Below are positions 34,601 through 35,632 of a stretch of DNA of 35,632 nucleotides, piece by piece. The DNA is taken from contig JAUCBJ010003638.1 in NCBI GenBank assembly GCA_032718475.1, forward strand, positions 1-35,632. The letters are read 5' to 3'. This DNA is from Nemertoderma westbladi. Taxonomy: Eukaryota > Animalia > Xenacoelomorpha. Numbering within the stretch: the stretch's first letter is position 1; every line of letters starts with the position of its first letter. The notes beneath the pieces were generated by a model. It searched no databases. It saw only the letters and a program-made list of their open reading frames with translations, and was not told the DNA's origin. The translations under genes and the position numbers were made by a program.

Positions 34601-35632
34601 CATAGAGGGTGTAGGGATACCAGAGAGGAGTTGGGACATAGAAAGGGCGTAGGGATAGCAGAGAGGAGTTGGTACACATTGTGGGTGTAGGGATAGCAGA
34701 GAGGAGTTGGTACACATTGTGGGTGTAGGGATAGCAGAGAGGAGTTGGGACATAGAGGGTGTAGGGATAGCAGAGAGGAGTTGGTACACATTGTGGGTGT
34801 AGGGATAGCAGAGAGGAGTTGGGACATAGAGGGTGTAGGGATACCAGAGATGAGTTGGGACATAGAGGGTGTAGGGATAGCAGAGAGGAGTTGTGACACG
34901 TAGAGGGTGTAGGGATACCAGAGATGAGTTGGGACATAGAGGGTGTAGGGATACCAGAGAGGAGTTGGTACACATAGAGGGTGTAGGGATAGCAGAGAGG
35001 AGTTGGGACATAGAAAGGGCGTAGGGATACCAGAGATGAGTTGGGACATAGAGGGTGTAGGGATACCAGAGATGAGTTGGGACATAGAGGGTGTAGGGAT
35101 ACCAGAGAGGAGTTGGGACATAGAAAGGGCGTAGGGATAGCAGAGAGGAGTTGGTACACATTGTGGGTGTAGGGATAGCAGAGAGGAGTTGGTACACATT
35201 GTGGGTGTAGGGATAGCAGAGAGGAGTTGGGACATAGAGGGTGTAGGGATAGCAGAGAGGAGTTGGTACACATTGTGGGTGTAGGGATAGCAGAGAGGAG
35301 TTGGGACATAGAGGGTGTAGGGATACCAGAGATGAGTTGGGACATAGAGGGTGTAGGGATAGCAGAGAGGAGTTGTGACACGTAGAGGGTGTAGGGATAC
35401 CAGAGATGAGTTGGGACATAGAGGGTGTAGGGATACCAGAGAGGAGTTGGTACACATAGAGGGTGTAGGGATAGCAGAGAGGAGTTGGGACATAGAAAGG
35501 GCGTAGGGATACCAGAGATGAGTTGGGACATAGAGGGTGTAGGGATACCAGAGATGAGTTGGGACATAGAGGGTGTAGGGATACCAGAGAGGAGTTGGGA
35601 CATAGAAAGGGCGTAGGGATAGCAGAGAGGAG
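22622..35632 (+). repeat. Satellite array of 36/38-bp monomers, at least 13 kb, running off the window end
   Basis: Consensus gggacatagagggtgtagggatagcagagaggagtt (36 nt) and ggtacacatagcgggtgtagggatagcagagaggagtt (38 nt), with strong purine/G strand bias. Confidence 0.99.

Noticed and set aside
22514-35603. Dozens of long ORFs over the satellite, up to 1147 aa
   Set aside because: Artefacts of a stop-poor repeat; 36/38-nt units shift frame continually.
22622-35632. CRISPR-like repeat length
   Set aside because: Monomers are head-to-tail with no unique spacers, there are no cas genes, and the context is eukaryotic.

Overview
Repeat-dense eukaryotic (probably invertebrate) DNA with no recognisable host gene. 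Left half: a near full-length, lightly damaged CR1-group LINE on the minus strand (ORF1 with coiled coil and RRM; ORF2 with a 2A/StopGo motif, APE endonuclease, RT and C-terminal CCHC). The most unusual feature is a 1668-nt tandem array lying in frame inside ORF2, between the endonuclease linker and the RT. It encodes about 556 aa of (GTPGSQPIGTFGTPGTSHPI)n, is built only from 9/24/27-nt modules, and many of its variants are synonymous. Middle: a 5'-truncated Neptune-like Penelope element (open RT plus GIY-YIG frame, minimal hammerhead ribozyme near its 3' end, 11-bp TSD) nested in an RTE fragment, further RTE fragments, a solo-LTR-like insert, a tRNA-derived sequence, minisatellites and a decayed DEDDy-type 3'-5' exonuclease-like frame. 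Right 13 kb: a G-rich 36/38-bp satellite with 110-bp and 482-bp higher-order repeats and kb-scale internal duplications; five monomers of it also sit just upstream of LINE ORF1. All calls come from reading by eye; no database searches were run.
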